Shown: positions 39,116 through 50,534, counted from the first letter of the stretch. The stretch is 64,000 nucleotides of DNA from an uncultured Rhodospirillales bacterium (GCA_964568585.1 CAZMQI010000001.1:449-64448), one strand, 5' to 3'. Notes: generated by a model from the letters alone, not told the origin. Numbers and translations are program-made.

Positions 39116-39937
39116 ATGAATTACAGACATCATTTTCATGCTGGATCGCTTGCCGATATCGTCAAGCATATCACCCTATCGCATCTCCTGAAACGGCTGC
39201 ATCAAAAGCCTGCGCCCTTTTGCGTCATTGATACGCATGCGGCGGCGGGCCTTTATGATTTGCGCCATGAAGATGCATCGAAAACCGGCGAAGCCGAAGC
39301 TGGGATTATCCCTTATTTAAAACTACCCGCATCGCCTGAACATGCGCCGTTCAACGATGTGCTGAACAAGCTTGGCAAAGACACCTATCCAGGCTCACCC
39401 GCCATCATCCAGCACTATCTGCGCGAGCAGGACAAGATGGTGGCGATTGAAAAGCACCCCGACGAAGCAGCAAAACTGCAAGCCGCACTTGGCAATGTCC
39501 CGCGCATTACCATTCACACCCGCGATGCGTGGGGCGCTATGCGTGCTCTTATCCCTACACCGGAAAAACGGTTATTGGTGTTCATCGACCCGCCCTATGA
39601 ACAACCGGATGAAAACGAACAAGCATTCAAAGCCATCACCACCGCTCATGCCAAAATGAGCCATGCGATATTCGTACTGTGGTATCCATTAAAAGACGCG
39701 GTGGAAACAGGCGTTTTACAGGAACGCTTTGCCAGCTGTGGCATCAAGAAGATTTTACGCGCAGACGTTCCATTCTCGAACAAGGTATTGCCAAACAAGA
39801 TGAATGGCAGCGGGATGATCATCATCAACCCGCCATTCCAGATTGAGGATGATTTGCGCGCAGCCTATGCCGCGCTAAAGCCGTTATGCGCCAGCGGCAC
39901 AAAGCCAGCCATGATTGATTGGTTAGCGGGCGAGTGA
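39116..39937 (+). CDS. rlmJ: 23S rRNA (adenine2030-N6)-methyltransferase RlmJ
   Basis: N-terminal M-x-YRH-x-FHAG-x-x-AD-x-x-KH signature (MNYRHHFHAGSLADIVKH) and length ~273 aa. Confidence 0.8.
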   Translation: MNYRHHFHAGSLADIVKHITLSHLLKRLHQKPAPFCVIDTHAAAGLYDLRHEDASKTGEAEAGIIPYLKLPASPEHAPFNDVLNKLGKDTYPGSPAIIQHYLREQDKMVAIEKHPDEAAKLQAALGNVPRITIHTRDAWGAMRALIPTPEKRLLVFIDPPYEQPDENEQAFKAITTAHAKMSHAIFVLWYPLKDAVETGVLQERFASCGIKKILRADVPFSNKVLPNKMNGSGMIIINPPFQIEDDLRAAYAALKPLCASGTKPAMIDWLAGE

Positions 39938-40987
39938 TTAAGGGAACATTGCGACGGCATCAAGACCTGTCGTTTCCGGCAAGCCAAACATCGCGTTCAT
40001 ATTCTGCACGGCCTGACCCGATGCACCTTTCACAAGGTTATCTTCGGCCGCGATGATAACCGCTCTGCCAGAAATCCGGTCAGCCGCAACACCAATCATG
40101 CACAGATTGCTGCCGCGAGTGTGACGCGTTGCTGGAACGGTGCCGAATGGCAGCACCTTCACGAATGCTTCACCCTTATAGGTCTTTTCCAGTTCCGCAT
40201 GCAAATCTTGCGCGGTCTTTCCTGCTGCCAGCTTCACATAGATGCTGGACAAAATACCGCGGTTCATTGGCATCAAATGCGGGGTAAAGTTCACCGTTAC
40301 AGTTGCGCCAGCAGCATCCGACAGGCCTTGTTCGATTTCAGGCGTGTGGCGGTGCGTGGCGATACCATAGGCATGGATGCCTTCGCCAACTTCAGCATAC
40401 AGACTGCCCTGCTTTGCTTCACGGCCAGCGCCAGTGACGCCCGACTTACTGTCGATGATGATATCATCCTTGGAAATCAACTTGGCTTTGAGTAATGGCA
40501 TCAACGGCAATTGCGCGGAGGTTGGATAGCAACCGGGGTTCGCCACCAACCGCGCTTTCTTCACCTGCTCCCGGTACATTTCGGTAAGGCCATAGACGGC
40601 TTCTTTTTGGAGTGCGGTTGCCTTATGTGCCTGGCCATAGGTCGCGGCATAGGTTTCCACATTCGCCAATCTGAAATCCGCCGATAAATCGACGATCTTC
40701 ACGCTTTTTGGCAATGCGGAAATAACATCCTGCGTGGTGCCATGTGGCAGGCAACAGAACACCAAATCGATTTTTGAAAAATCAACTGCATCAATCTTCA
40801 CCAGCATCGGCAGATTTTCGAATGTCAGATGCGGTAATACCGCACCAATTGGCTGACCAGCATTTTTTTCAGCCGTTAAGGCAACGATTTCCGCATTGGG
40901 GTGGCGCACTAAAAAACGCAACAGTTCTGCGCCCGTATACCCACTTGCACCCAAGATTGCGATTTTGATTTTCTGTGTAGTTGCCAT
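39938..40987 (-). CDS. argC: N-acetyl-gamma-glutamyl-phosphate reductase
   Basis: …KIAILGASGYTGAELLR… Rossmann N-terminus and the catalytic Cys region (…NPGCYPT…). Start trimmed to MATTQKIKIAIL… (40987). Confidence 0.9.
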   Translation of the reverse strand: MATTQKIKIAILGASGYTGAELLRFLVRHPNAEIVALTAEKNAGQPIGAVLPHLTFENLPMLVKIDAVDFSKIDLVFCCLPHGTTQDVISALPKSVKIVDLSADFRLANVETYAATYGQAHKATALQKEAVYGLTEMYREQVKKARLVANPGCYPTSAQLPLMPLLKAKLISKDDIIIDSKSGVTGAGREAKQGSLYAEVGEGIHAYGIATHRHTPEIEQGLSDAAGATVTVNFTPHLMPMNRGILSSIYVKLAAGKTAQDLHAELEKTYKGEAFVKVLPFGTVPATRHTRGSNLCMIGVAADRISGRAVIIAAEDNLVKGASGQAVQNMNAMFGLPETTGLDAVAMFP

Positions 40988-41035
40988 AGCCGTATTCCAA
41001 TAATAATATTTCGAAAGACCCAAAAGACCAGACCC

Positions 41036-41072
41036 AAAAAGAAAAGGGCGCCATTTCTGACGCCCTTTTTTC
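41036..41072 (-). terminator. Rho-independent terminator downstream of rplM-rpsI (bidirectional hairpin)
   Basis: AAAAGGGCGccatttctgaCGCCCTTTTTT: 9-bp stem. T/A tracts on both sides so it could function for either strand. Confidence 0.65.
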
Positions 41073-41092
41073 CAAATCTGGAAAGATATGCG

Positions 41093-41572
41093 TCAGCGTT
41101 TGCTGAACTGGTAACGACGACGTGCTTTTGCACGACCGTACTTCTTACGTTCAACCATACGGGAATCGCGGGTCAGTAATCCAGCCTTCTTCAAGGTGGT
41201 ACGCAATTCAGGGTCAAGATAGGTCAAAGCGCGGCTGATGCCATGCTTAACCGCACCTGCTTGGCCTGAAAGACCACCGCCAGCAACCAATACTTCAACG
41301 TCGTATTGGCCAGTGCGGTTGGAAACGCCGAATGGCTGTTGCACAATCATCTGCAATACGGGGCGTGCGAAGTATTCCTTCACATCGCGGCCATTGATGG
41401 TGATCTTGCCTTTACCTGGCTTTACCCATGTACGAGCGGTTGCATCCTTGCGGCGGCCCGTTGCATAAGCACGGCCTTTTGCATCGATGCGAATTTTAAC
41501 AATCTTAGCTGGCTCTTCCTTCTTGGGGCGGAGCGCTTCGATTTCGGTGATAGCTTTAATAGCAGCGGTCAT
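41093..41572 (-). CDS. rpsI: 30S ribosomal protein S9
   Basis: …[27 protein letters not shown]… and C-terminal …[18 protein letters not shown]. Confidence 0.95.
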   Translation of the reverse strand: MTAAIKAITEIEALRPKKEEPAKIVKIRIDAKGRAYATGRRKDATARTWVKPGKGKITINGRDVKEYFARPVLQMIVQQPFGVSNRTGQYDVEVLVAGGGLSGQAGAVKHGISRALTYLDPELRTTLKKAGLLTRDSRMVERKKYGRAKARRRYQFSKR

Positions 41573-42057
41573 TTAGCGATCCTCTTATTCTTTGGATTTG
41601 CAGCAGCAAAGTTCAATACAACTGGTTGTTGTGCTTCATGGGTGTGTTTAGGACCCTTGAACAAACGCAGATTGGTCAATTGTTTACGGCCCAAGGAACC
41701 CTTTGGCAGCATGCGTTCAACAGCTTTTTGAATAGCGCGTTCAGGAAAACGGCTGTTCAAGATGTAGCCCATGGTGCGTTCTTTAATACCGCCAGCATAA
41801 CCGGTGTGGTAATAGAACACTTTGTTCTTCAGCTTGTTGCCGGTCAACTTTACCTTTTCGGCATTGATGATGATGACGTTATCGCCGCAATCAACGCTTG
41901 GGGAAAAAGTTGTCTTGTTCTTACCGCGCAAGATGGTCGCAACTTCTGCAGCCAAGCGGCCGAGAATAACGCCGTCAGCGTCAATCAAGATCCATTTTTT
42001 CTGCGCTGGGGCGTCTTCAACGCGCATCGCAAAAGATTTCATATCGTTTATTTTCAT
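41569..42057 (-). CDS. rplM: 50S ribosomal protein L13
   Basis: …[19 protein letters not shown]…[12 protein letters not shown]… L13 family. AGGTGAG SD 7 nt upstream of the 42057 start. 4-nt overlap with rpsI. Confidence 0.9.
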   Translation of the reverse strand: MKINDMKSFAMRVEDAPAQKKWILIDADGVILGRLAAEVATILRGKNKTTFSPSVDCGDNVIIINAEKVKLTGNKLKNKVFYYHTGYAGGIKERTMGYILNSRFPERAIQKAVERMLPKGSLGRKQLTNLRLFKGPKHTHEAQQPVVLNFAAANPKNKRIAK

Positions 42058-42171
42058 TTGGTCTCACCTAGTTATTTATAAGTGACGTGTTTGTAGGGGA
42101 TATAGGCGCTTCCTGTCAATATAAACATGCGTTTATTATGTGTGGTAATATAATACCGCATCTATTTGCCG

Positions 42172-42498
42172 CTATTGCGAGATTTCGCCCAGTAACCATG
42201 CGCGGTAAGCATCGTTAACATCGGTCACATTCAGCGCGGCGATACATGGCGTATCGTATGAATGAAGCGTGCGAACCGCCTCCTCCACCGCCTTGAACTG
42301 GTCGTTGGTAGTTTTTAAAATAAGCACGGCTTCGTTATCGCTGCGTATTTGCCCTTCCCATGTGTAAACCGACGTCATCACGGGGAATATATTCGCGCAT
42401 GCGGCCAGTTTTTTTTCGACCACCGCGTGCGCGATAGTTTCCGCCTGCGCTCCATCCTTGCACGTGACGTATATAAAGATGATGCGGGGTTCAGCCAT
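42172..42498 (-). CDS. cutA: Divalent-cation tolerance protein CutA
   Basis: 108 aa. …YVTCKDGAQAETIAHAVVEKKLAACANI…SVYTWEGQI… CutA1 fold. Confidence 0.8.
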   Translation of the reverse strand: MAEPRIIFIYVTCKDGAQAETIAHAVVEKKLAACANIFPVMTSVYTWEGQIRSDNEAVLILKTTNDQFKAVEEAVRTLHSYDTPCIAALNVTDVNDAYRAWLLGEISQ

Positions 42499-42524
42499 GA
42501 TTTAATAGCAGGGTTTTTGATAAA

Positions 42525-42601
42525 TGGTCGGAACGACAGGATTTGAACCTGCGACCCCAAGTCCCCCAGACTTGTGCGCTACCAGGCTGCGCCACGTTCC
42601 G
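42525..42601 (-). tRNA. tRNA-Pro (anticodon GGG)
   Basis: Manual cloverleaf of the reverse complement: acceptor CGGAACG/CGTTCCG, D-arm GCGC-AGCCTGGTA-GCGC, anticodon stem-loop CAAGT-CTGGGGG-ACTTG (anticodon GGG), T-arm GCAGG-TTCAAAT-CCTGT, discriminator A, encoded CCA. Confidence 0.85.
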
Positions 42602-42709
42602 TCACTAAAGAAAGGGCAGTGGTAAGGCTTTTATGACAAAGCGTGCCCTCTTGTAATCAGTCTTATAGCTAAAAGAATGCCGTCTGGCAAATGGCGTGTA
42701 ATTGTGGCT

Positions 42710-43780
42710 TTAAGCAACAATTCCAACGCTCAGCATATCACGCAAAGCCATCATTTCCGCCAACACGCCCAGCAATTCTTGACGTTTTTCTGGCGCGATG
42801 GATGGTGCTGCTGGTGGCGAGACTTCCTGTTCAAAAGCGGCAACTTCATCAAGACGCTTCACGGGGATTTCTTCATCCGCCACATCTTGATTGAACTCTT
42901 CCTCCTCGAACACTTCTACGCTGACTTCTACTGCGGGTTGCGCTGCGGCACTTGCCATCACAGGCTGAACAATTTCAGGCAGAGACAACATCGGCAAGCC
43001 TTCAACTACCGGCGGCACCAAATCCAATTCCAGCGCCTTGGCAATTCTCACTTCGGCTTCGGCGACTACGGCTTCCGCCATATCATCTAAGCTTGGTGCG
43101 GCAGGGTTAATGATGCGGATGGGTTGAACATTCGCCGAGATTTCTTCATGCAGCTGCGTAACCACGAACAGCGATTTTTCCATCTGATCGGTTGCTGTGT
43201 TTTTTTCTGCTTCAATGCGAACGGTGCTTTGTTCGAATGCGTCACCAAAATGATGCGTGCCCATCTTTTCAATGGCGCGCTCCGCAATCTGACCGCCGAT
43301 GGAACCATAGGCCATGGCAAGCGCGGATGGCGCAGCGGAAGCTGCTTGCAGATACGAACCAATGGAAAGCGGCGCAACAGCCTGCAAGGCTTGTTCGAAC
43401 GGGAAGTTTGGCAGGCTGGCATCCGGCTTTGCATAAGGCGCGAAATTGGCAACGGCTTCCTGGCGTTTTTCTTTCAGTAAGCGTTGTACGCCCTTAATCG
43501 TATAACCCTGCTTATACAGGTAGTTTTTGATGCGTTTCAGCAGTTCAATATCTTCGGGGCGATAATAACGGCGGCCACCACCACACTTTAACGGGCGGAT
43601 TTGGCCGAATTTACTTTCCCAGAAACGCAGCACATGCTGCGGCACATCGATTTCATCGGAGACTTCGCTGATGGTGCGAAACGCGTGAGAAGATTTTCGT
43701 TCGGAAGGATCGCGGTCATCATGAAGTGCAACATCACCAAATTCATTTGATGCGTCTTGTGTTGCTGAACCCAAATCCAT
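42710..43780 (-). CDS. MerR-family transcriptional regulator (downstream of ihfA)
   Basis: MerR HTH …[39 protein letters not shown]… followed by a long acidic/Ala-rich C-terminal region. The ihfA-merR pairing is common in alphaproteobacteria. Confidence 0.7.
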   Translation of the reverse strand: MDLGSATQDASNEFGDVALHDDRDPSERKSSHAFRTISEVSDEIDVPQHVLRFWESKFGQIRPLKCGGGRRYYRPEDIELLKRIKNYLYKQGYTIKGVQRLLKEKRQEAVANFAPYAKPDASLPNFPFEQALQAVAPLSIGSYLQAASAAPSALAMAYGSIGGQIAERAIEKMGTHHFGDAFEQSTVRIEAEKNTATDQMEKSLFVVTQLHEEISANVQPIRIINPAAPSLDDMAEAVVAEAEVRIAKALELDLVPPVVEGLPMLSLPEIVQPVMASAAAQPAVEVSVEVFEEEEFNQDVADEEIPVKRLDEVAAFEQEVSPPAAPSIAPEKRQELLGVLAEMMALRDMLSVGIVA

Positions 43781-43838
43781 TGAACGACCTCCCTAGCTTA
43801 TTTAGTTTTTAATTTTTTGTAGTTTTTTAGCTTTAGTC

Positions 43839-44177
43839 TTATTGCGCCTTGGTCTCTGATTTTTGCCCGTCACTTTTTTGATTAATGCGATCTTTCAAAA
43901 CATGCGATGCGCGGAACACCAATACACGGCGTGGCTTGATGGGTACTTCTTCGCCGGTCTTGGGGTTGCGACCAACGCGTTCATTCTTTTGACGAACCGC
44001 GAATGTGCCAAAGGATGACAGCTTCACAGTGTCATCGGCAATGAGTGCGAGACTGATTTCTTCCAACACCGTTTCCACCAATACAGCGGATTCATTGCGC
44101 GAAAGACCAACTTCTTGGTACACAGACTCGCTTAAGTCCGCGCGCGTTATGGTTCGTTCTGTTTGATGGTCGGCCAT
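43839..44177 (-). CDS. ihfA: Integration host factor subunit alpha
   Basis: HU/IHF fold …[38 protein letters not shown]…. Start at [15 protein letters not shown]… (44177) with GAGGTG SD. Confidence 0.9.
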   Translation of the reverse strand: MADHQTERTITRADLSESVYQEVGLSRNESAVLVETVLEEISLALIADDTVKLSSFGTFAVRQKNERVGRNPKTGEEVPIKPRRVLVFRASHVLKDRINQKSDGQKSETKAQ

Positions 44178-44273
44178 GTCAGCACCTCTCGATTCAGGTA
44201 TATTTATCAAGATGGTAAACTGATTTGGGTGATTTGGAGAAGCAAAAAACGCGACGCGGACTAAATCGAATAA

Positions 44274-45251
44274 TTACCAGCGAAGTAGTACCGCACCCCA
44301 AGTGAATCCCCCGCCAAGAGCTTCTAGAACCATCAACTGGCCGGGCTTAAAGCGGCCTTCGGCAACGGCGCTGGCCAATGCCAAGGGGATGGATGCGGCG
44401 GAGGTGTTGCCATGTTTGTCCACGGTCACAATCACCTTTTCCATGGGCATGGAAAGCTTCTCGGCGGTTGCGTTCAGGATGCGGAGGTTGGCTTGGTGCG
44501 GCACCAACCAATCGAGATCAGCAACGGTCATATTATTGGAGCCAAGCGCGTGCAGCACCACATCGGCCATATGGTCAACGGCATGGCGGAATACTTCGCG
44601 GCCCTGCATCTTGATGCTGCCGACATTTTTGCTGGTGGATGGGCCGCCGTTTACATAGAGCAAGTCATGCATACGGCCATCGGAGAAAAGATGGGACGAC
44701 AGAATACCGCGGTCGGACGTATCGCCCTTCCCGGTTTCGGCCTGCAAGACAACCGCGCCTGCACCGTCACCAAATAAAATACAGGTGGTGCGGTCATTCC
44801 AATCAAGCAAACGGCTCATGGTCTCTGCGCCAATCACCAATACCTTGCGAACCAAGCCGCCCTTGATCATCTGGTCGGCAATGGTCAGCGCATAAATGAA
44901 ACCGGAGCATACGGCTTGTACATCGAATGCAAAGCCGCGATGCATACCCAAATTCATTTGTACGCGCGTTGCTGTGGCGGGGAATGTTTCATCGGGCGTT
45001 GTGGTAGCAACGATAATCGCGTCAATCGCGTCAATGCCAAGACCTGCATGGGCAAGCGCGGCTTGCGCTGCTTTGGTTGCTAGATCGGAGGTTTTTTCGC
45101 CTTCGGCGGCCACATGGCGTTGTTTGATGCCGGTGCGCTGGGTAATCCATTCATCGTTGGTTTCAACACGAACCGCGATCTCTGCATTCGTTAGGATTTT
45201 TTCCGGAAGTGCAGCACCAACGCCTTTGATCACTGAACGCAACATGGTCAT
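44274..45251 (-). CDS. fabH: 3-oxoacyl-[ACP] synthase III
   Basis: Active-site Cys region (…[15 protein letters not shown]…), His/Asn regions (…VPHQANLRI…, …GNTSAASIP…). 325 aa. Confidence 0.9.
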   Translation of the reverse strand: MTMLRSVIKGVGAALPEKILTNAEIAVRVETNDEWITQRTGIKQRHVAAEGEKTSDLATKAAQAALAHAGLGIDAIDAIIVATTTPDETFPATATRVQMNLGMHRGFAFDVQAVCSGFIYALTIADQMIKGGLVRKVLVIGAETMSRLLDWNDRTTCILFGDGAGAVVLQAETGKGDTSDRGILSSHLFSDGRMHDLLYVNGGPSTSKNVGSIKMQGREVFRHAVDHMADVVLHALGSNNMTVADLDWLVPHQANLRILNATAEKLSMPMEKVIVTVDKHGNTSAASIPLALASAVAEGRFKPGQLMVLEALGGGFTWGAVLLRW

Positions 45252-46315
45252 GGCAGCACTTCACCTTCAATGGCTTTGGGCACGGCTCCACCATTCGGCA
45301 ACGCGCCATATAATTTCGCGAATTCGTCTTTGATACGTTCGTTCAAACCTTCTTCAATCAATTGCGCAGCAACCAACACCGAATTGGTGAAGCCACGCGC
45401 ATCGGTACCGCCATGGCTTTTCACGCACACGCCCTGCAATCCAACCAGCATCGCACCGTTATATGCACGGGGATCCATCCGCGCCTTCATTTGCATGAAG
45501 GCACCGCGTGCCAACAACGCGCCGATTTTAGCAAGGATGGAAGTCTGCAATGCTTCTTTGAGGAAGTTCGCGCACAGCTTAGCCGTACCTTCGATGGTTT
45601 TGAGTGTGATGTTGCCGGTAAAGCCATCGGTTACAACCACATCAACATCGCCATGCGGGATTTGATCGGCTTCGACATAGCCGATGAATTTTCCATGCAG
45701 CGGTGTTTCACGCAAAATGGCAGCAGCAGCACGCAATTCATCGTGCCCCTTCATTTCTTCACTACCGATATTCAACAGACCGATGCGCGGCGTCTGCATA
45801 TGCAGCGCTGCCCGTGCATATAAACTGCCCATAATTGCGAATTGCACCAGATTATCGGCATCGCATTCCAAATTGGCGCCCATATCGAGCATCACGCAGC
45901 GGCCCGTCATGGTTGGCACGGTTGATACAATCGCAGGGCGATCAATTCCTGGAAGGGAGCCAAGCACCAAACGCGCCATCGCCATCAATGCACCGGTGTT
46001 ACCCGCGCTGACGATGCCTTGCGCGTTACCATCAGCAACTGCATTAATTGCTAAACGCATGCTGGAATTGCGGCCTTGGCGCAGCGCAGCCGAAGGCTTC
46101 ATATCACCCGGAATACTATCCGGTGTGTGATGGAAGATTGCATTGGAAAGAATGGCATGTCGCGCAATAAGCGGACGCACGCGTGCTTCATCACCATAAA
46201 TACGGAAACGAATATTGGGATTGACGATAAGCGCCGCAGCAGCGCCATCGATGACTGCATCGGGGGCCTTGTCCCCGCCCATAGCATCAAGCGCAATGAT
46301 TATTGGTTGAGGCAT
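45248..46315 (-). CDS. plsX: Phosphate acyltransferase PlsX
   Basis: …[12 protein letters not shown]… N-terminus and PlsX-family length. 4-nt overlap with fabH. Confidence 0.9.
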   Translation of the reverse strand: MPQPIIIALDAMGGDKAPDAVIDGAAAALIVNPNIRFRIYGDEARVRPLIARHAILSNAIFHHTPDSIPGDMKPSAALRQGRNSSMRLAINAVADGNAQGIVSAGNTGALMAMARLVLGSLPGIDRPAIVSTVPTMTGRCVMLDMGANLECDADNLVQFAIMGSLYARAALHMQTPRIGLLNIGSEEMKGHDELRAAAAILRETPLHGKFIGYVEADQIPHGDVDVVVTDGFTGNITLKTIEGTAKLCANFLKEALQTSILAKIGALLARGAFMQMKARMDPRAYNGAMLVGLQGVCVKSHGGTDARGFTNSVLVAAQLIEEGLNERIKDEFAKLYGALPNGGAVPKAIEGEVLP

Positions 46316-46380
46316 AGATATTCCCGAATTGGGAGGCCAACAAAAAACGCGGCCAGAAAACTAAGAGGCAAGCTGCCGAA

Positions 46381-46572
46381 TTAGGCAGCGGCCTTATCTT
46401 GCTTGCTGTTAACCTGACGGCTATCGTAGTAACCGCATGAACCACACACATGGTGTGGGCGTTTGATTTCACCGCAATTAGCGCATTCAGATGTGCCAAC
46501 GGATTTCAATGCGTGGTGCGAGCGGCGCATGTTACGCACGGACTTGCTGGTTTTTCTCTTTGGAACTGCCAT
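46381..46572 (-). CDS. rpmF: 50S ribosomal protein L32
   Basis: [22 protein letters not shown]… plus Cys4 zinc ribbon. Classic rpmF-plsX-fabH order. Confidence 0.9.
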   Translation of the reverse strand: MAVPKRKTSKSVRNMRRSHHALKSVGTSECANCGEIKRPHHVCGSCGYYDSRQVNSKQDKAAA

Positions 46573-46725
46573 ATCGGTAACCTTTATTGTTTAAAATCGT
46601 GCTGTTTATTACCTAACAGACGGGGGAAAAGCAAGAACATCCTTCACGTCTTGTGATATTAATGTTTTTATTAATTAATCCTGCACTTTTCGAACCGTTA
46701 ATGCCGACTAACTCGCTAATAAAGC

Positions 46726-47709
46726 ATGGAGAAGCTAATGTCCCAATCAAGCCCTAGCCAGCAGCCACCCACGCAGAATCTGGCCACTATTTTTGGTGGT
46801 TCTGGCTTTGTAGGCCGTCATATTGCCGCAGCACTGCATGCAGCAGGATGGCGGGTGCGGATTGCTAGCCGCAATGCATCGCGCGCAAAACACTTAGCCA
46901 GCATCGGTGATGCGATTGAATTCGTTGACTGTAATATAACTTCGCAACCCTCTGTCGACCAAGCGGTCCAAGGCTCTCACGCTATCGTCAACTGCGTTGG
47001 TATTCTTGGAAAAAGTGGCGTACAAAATTTTGATGGCATTCATGTGGATGGCACAGCCCATATCGCCAAGGCGGCACAAAAAAATAACATCACCCACTTC
47101 GTTCACATTTCAGCGATTGGCGCAGATGCACATGGAATATCATCCTATGCAAAGACCAAAGGGCTTGGCGAATACGAAGTTTTAAAAACCGTCCCTACCG
47201 CTATTATCCTTCGGCCATCGATTGTGTTTGGGCCTGAAGACTCCTTCTTCAACCGCTTTGCAGCGATGGCACAACTATCCCCTTTCCTTCCAGCGATTGG
47301 CGGCGGCACCACAAAATTCCAACCTGTGTTTGTCGATGATATTGCGGATGCTGTGATCGCAGCATTATCAGGCAAAGCGATCAACGGCGCCATTTATGAA
47401 TGTGGCGGGCAAGAGATATTCACCTTCAAGGAACTAATGCAACGTGTTGCAACCTATACCGGCCGAAACACCATGCCGCTGTCATTACCGATATGGTTTG
47501 CAAAACTTCTGGCAATCGGCACAAAACCATTTCCGCTCAGCATGCGCCCGATTACCTATGATCAGGTATTATTACTCAAGAACGATAATGTGGTGAGCGC
47601 AGCTGCCATCCACGAAAAACGAACACTGCATAGCCTAGGCATTCTGCATCCCAAACACATTGACGATGTGGTGCCGCAGTATCTTACCAAGTTCAGACCC
47701 GTTAGCTGA
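46726..47709 (+). CDS. NAD(P)-binding epimerase/dehydratase family protein (complex I NDUFA9-like subfamily)
   Basis: …ATIFGGSGFVGRHIAAAL… Rossmann motif. ~320 aa atypical SDR common in alphaproteobacteria. Confidence 0.65.
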   Translation: MEKLMSQSSPSQQPPTQNLATIFGGSGFVGRHIAAALHAAGWRVRIASRNASRAKHLASIGDAIEFVDCNITSQPSVDQAVQGSHAIVNCVGILGKSGVQNFDGIHVDGTAHIAKAAQKNNITHFVHISAIGADAHGISSYAKTKGLGEYEVLKTVPTAIILRPSIVFGPEDSFFNRFAAMAQLSPFLPAIGGGTTKFQPVFVDDIADAVIAALSGKAINGAIYECGGQEIFTFKELMQRVATYTGRNTMPLSLPIWFAKLLAIGTKPFPLSMRPITYDQVLLLKNDNVVSAAAIHEKRTLHSLGILHPKHIDDVVPQYLTKFRPVS

Positions 47710-47712
47710 TAG

Positions 47713-48270
47713 TTACTTCTTCTGCTTTTCGTCGTTCTTCTTCGCGCGGAATTCCGCAAGCACGGCGAATGGATTAACAGGTTTTGCGTCCACTTCAACG
47801 CTCGCATGTTTGGGCACCTCGAATACCACACCGGGTTTGCGCGGATGCGGGTCAATCGCCAACGCAAGATGCTGCGCCGTTAACTCGCCAATATCGATAT
47901 CGCCATTGGGTGAAATGGGATCGGGCGAATTATCATCATCGATATCCACTTCGTCCGCTTTGGGGATGGTATCGGGGCGGGCGAAGTACGCAGTGAATTC
48001 TTCTTCAACCAAGGCTTCAAACGGTTCCAGTGTAACAACGCAATCTTGCACGACAGTGGCTTCAAACCGCCCCTTCACTTCAACCATTTCACCTGAATGA
48101 ATGCGTTGTAGATGCAGCTTTGCATTCAGGTTTTTCAAAGCAACAACACCCATGCGCTTGGCTAAGGCATCCAATTCTTCTTCATTGGCTTCGATGCGTT
48201 CATCCATTTCATGATTACGCAATTTATCGACCGGAAATAGCCGCGAAAATTCTACATCTGTATGTTGCAT
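47713..48270 (-). CDS. DUF177 (YceD-like) protein
   Basis: ~185 aa acidic protein with overall YceD-like composition. Located next to a Cbp3-like gene and near rpmF, as is typical for yceD. No decisive motif. Confidence 0.4.
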   Translation of the reverse strand: MQHTDVEFSRLFPVDKLRNHEMDERIEANEEELDALAKRMGVVALKNLNAKLHLQRIHSGEMVEVKGRFEATVVQDCVVTLEPFEALVEEEFTAYFARPDTIPKADEVDIDDDNSPDPISPNGDIDIGELTAQHLALAIDPHPRKPGVVFEVPKHASVEVDAKPVNPFAVLAEFRAKKNDEKQKK

Positions 48271-48291
48271 TTAATTTAAATCCCCAGAAAC

Positions 48292-48825
48292 TTAAACGAT
48301 CGATTTAAAAGATATTTTTCCGTCCAAAAGGTCTGCCGTATGTTGCGCCGCGAGCGCTTGCGTTTGCGTTTCAATATAGTCACGCATCATGTCCAGTTTG
48401 GCAAGGTCTGTTGAACTGGCGCCATACAGGTTCTTATCAAGCGCACGCAGGATTTCTTTTTTATCGGCGCTGTTCAACGCGGCATCATAGGCATTCATGC
48501 GGCCATAAAAGCCTTCCATGAAAAGCTTCATGCGTTTGACAACGCCAACATCGCCAACTCCCATTTCACGCAAAGTGCGGTCCAGATCGCTGACCATGAA
48601 ATCCATGAGCGCCTGTTTCACCGACTGCCCTTCAGTCCCTAAACGGCGCATGACCAGCAGCATATGCAGGATGAGCGATTCAAACCGTGTCTCGAAATCA
48701 TCGCTTAGCCCGAAACGAACAAAAAAATCTTTGGACCGCGCCTGCGCCATGATGGCGCCATAAAGCACAGCGATTTTATGCGCGTCCGGTTCATTTTTTA
48801 GAAAGAGTTTGAAAAAGCTTTTCAT
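48292..48825 (-). CDS. Ubiquinol-cytochrome c chaperone (Cbp3)-domain protein
   Basis: ~177 aa. …FFVRFGLSDDFETRFESLILHMLLVMRRL… resembles the Cbp3/UPF0174 family found next to DUF177 and bamE in alphaproteobacteria. Confidence 0.5.
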   Translation of the reverse strand: MKSFFKLFLKNEPDAHKIAVLYGAIMAQARSKDFFVRFGLSDDFETRFESLILHMLLVMRRLGTEGQSVKQALMDFMVSDLDRTLREMGVGDVGVVKRMKLFMEGFYGRMNAYDAALNSADKKEILRALDKNLYGASSTDLAKLDMMRDYIETQTQALAAQHTADLLDGKISFKSIV

Positions 48826-48862
48826 AAGGGTATGTTCTTACAAAATTGTTTTACGGTTCGCC

Positions 48863-49324
48863 ATGTTTATCTTCCATTTCCTGACTACCACTGCAACTGT
48901 GCTTATGTTGGGCTTAACCCTCGCATCATGCACCCCAACAATTGCCAAGCGCGGCAATACGATTGAGGACGACCAGTTACAGCAGATCAAAGTCGGCGAA
49001 AGTACCCGCGAAGACGTTGCCAAGGTTTTGGGCACCCCCACACAGATGGCAACCTTTGATGACAAGACATGGTATTACATTGGCCAGCGCACTGAAAAAG
49101 AAGCGTTCTTTGATCCTGAATTGAAAGAACAGAAAATCGTGACCGTGGAATTCACGCCCGAAGGAAAAGTGTTGTCGGTGAATAAGTCCGGCGCGGAACT
49201 CGCCAAGGACATCGACCCTATCAAAGGCAAGACACCAACTTATGGTAAGGACATCACCATTCTGCAACAATTGCTCGGCAATATCGGTCGCCCAAGCGTA
49301 CCCAAGGGTAAAGAAGGCAGATAG
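48863..49324 (+). CDS. bamE: Outer-membrane protein assembly factor BamE (SmpA/OmlA lipoprotein)
   Basis: Lipoprotein signal with lipobox …GLTLASC|T. …QIKVGESTREDVAKVLGTPT…DDKTWYYIG… SmpA/OmlA fold. Start trimmed to 48863. Confidence 0.7.
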   Translation: MFIFHFLTTTATVLMLGLTLASCTPTIAKRGNTIEDDQLQQIKVGESTREDVAKVLGTPTQMATFDDKTWYYIGQRTEKEAFFDPELKEQKIVTVEFTPEGKVLSVNKSGAELAKDIDPIKGKTPTYGKDITILQQLLGNIGRPSVPKGKEGR

Positions 49325-49326
49325 TT

Positions 49327-50187
49327 TTATTCAGCAGCCATTTGTTCTGGCTGCGACTGCACCGCAATCCACGCCGTGATGTCATGAATCAATTTCGATA
49401 AATCATGCTTCAGCGCTGTAAAATTCGCAGATTTATCCAGCGTATCTTCGTTCATATACAATGCGCGGTTTATCTCGAGTTGCACACTGTGGAATCCGAT
49501 GCGCGGATGACCGTAGCGACGCACAATTTCAACGCCCTTATATGGATCATTATGTGCAACGGTATAACCCAAATGACGCAATGAACTGGCAATCAGCTTG
49601 ATGAATTCAGGTTCAGATGACGAGCCATCACGGTCGCCGATGATAAAATCAGGGCGCGTTGTCGAAACCGCATGCGATGGCATGGAATGGCAATTCAAAT
49701 GCCAGACCGCGCCAAATGTTTTGTGCGTATCATCTACGATTTGTTTCAATGCAGCATGATACGGCGCATAGCATTCCTGTAACCGTTTTTGAATCTCGGT
49801 GGATGATAGTTTTGAAGCGTATACCGATTGCCCCCTGCATAAATGTCGAATGAGGCCATAGCCGGCAAAGCTACGTTCCGTCGGCTCCAACGCGAATGGC
49901 AACACACCGGAAATCATGGTGGGGTCCAAATCATCCATCGCACGATTCACATCGATATAGCTGCGCGTGAAATTCGCCTTCAGGAATGTCGCGCCCAGTG
50001 ATGGCGCGAAGGAGAATAATTCGTCGACATAACTGTCTTCAGTTTGACGCAGCCAGAATTGCGGGATGATATAATGAAAATCTTCGGGATAATGGGTGCC
50101 ACTATGCGGGCTATCAAGCACCAAGGGCACCGCCTGCCCTTGCGGCACACTCACTTCAAACATAGGCGATGATAATACATTACGCAT
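49327..50187 (-). CDS. N-formylglutamate amidohydrolase (FGase) family protein
   Basis: …PLVLDSPHSGTHYP…, …CHSMPS… and overall ~280 aa zinc-amidase-like layout of PF05013-type proteins. Confidence 0.55.
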   Translation of the reverse strand: MRNVLSSPMFEVSVPQGQAVPLVLDSPHSGTHYPEDFHYIIPQFWLRQTEDSYVDELFSFAPSLGATFLKANFTRSYIDVNRAMDDLDPTMISGVLPFALEPTERSFAGYGLIRHLCRGQSVYASKLSSTEIQKRLQECYAPYHAALKQIVDDTHKTFGAVWHLNCHSMPSHAVSTTRPDFIIGDRDGSSSEPEFIKLIASSLRHLGYTVAHNDPYKGVEIVRRYGHPRIGFHSVQLEINRALYMNEDTLDKSANFTALKHDLSKLIHDITAWIAVQSQPEQMAAE

Positions 50188-50420
50188 TACTGCGATACTC
50201 CCACCGTACAGCTAGGGTTATTGCACGTAGAGTTTTTTACCATGAATGCACCGCATTTGGGGCACTGTACGGTATCTTGAACTGGGATTTGCTTGGATGC
50301 AGCTTTTTTATCCATCGGCGTAGATGAAAATGGTGCAGTCACGGGTTTGTCATCACGCGCCATGCGTCTGACACCACTAACCACAATCATCGCCAGAATA
50401 CCGAACAGGATCCATTGCAT
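50187..50420 (-). CDS. Small membrane protein with C-terminal Cys4 zinc-ribbon
   Basis: N-terminal TM helix (WILFGILAMIVVSGV), then CPKCG…CNNPSC. Stop overlaps the start of the FGase gene by 1 nt. Confidence 0.35.
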   Translation of the reverse strand: MQWILFGILAMIVVSGVRRMARDDKPVTAPFSSTPMDKKAASKQIPVQDTVQCPKCGAFMVKNSTCNNPSCTVGVSQ

Positions 50421-50534
50421 AAGCTTATTCTAATTCCATATTAAAGGACTGTCACGCGCGGAAATATGTGGATTATAAATACTCTGTACTATTTTAGTGT
50501 ACTATTCTGACAGAGCCTTATAACGTTTTGTCTT

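Noticed and set aside
42378-42560. 60-aa minus-strand ORF
   Set aside because: Overlaps the tRNA-Pro gene and the cutA upstream region, so it is spurious.
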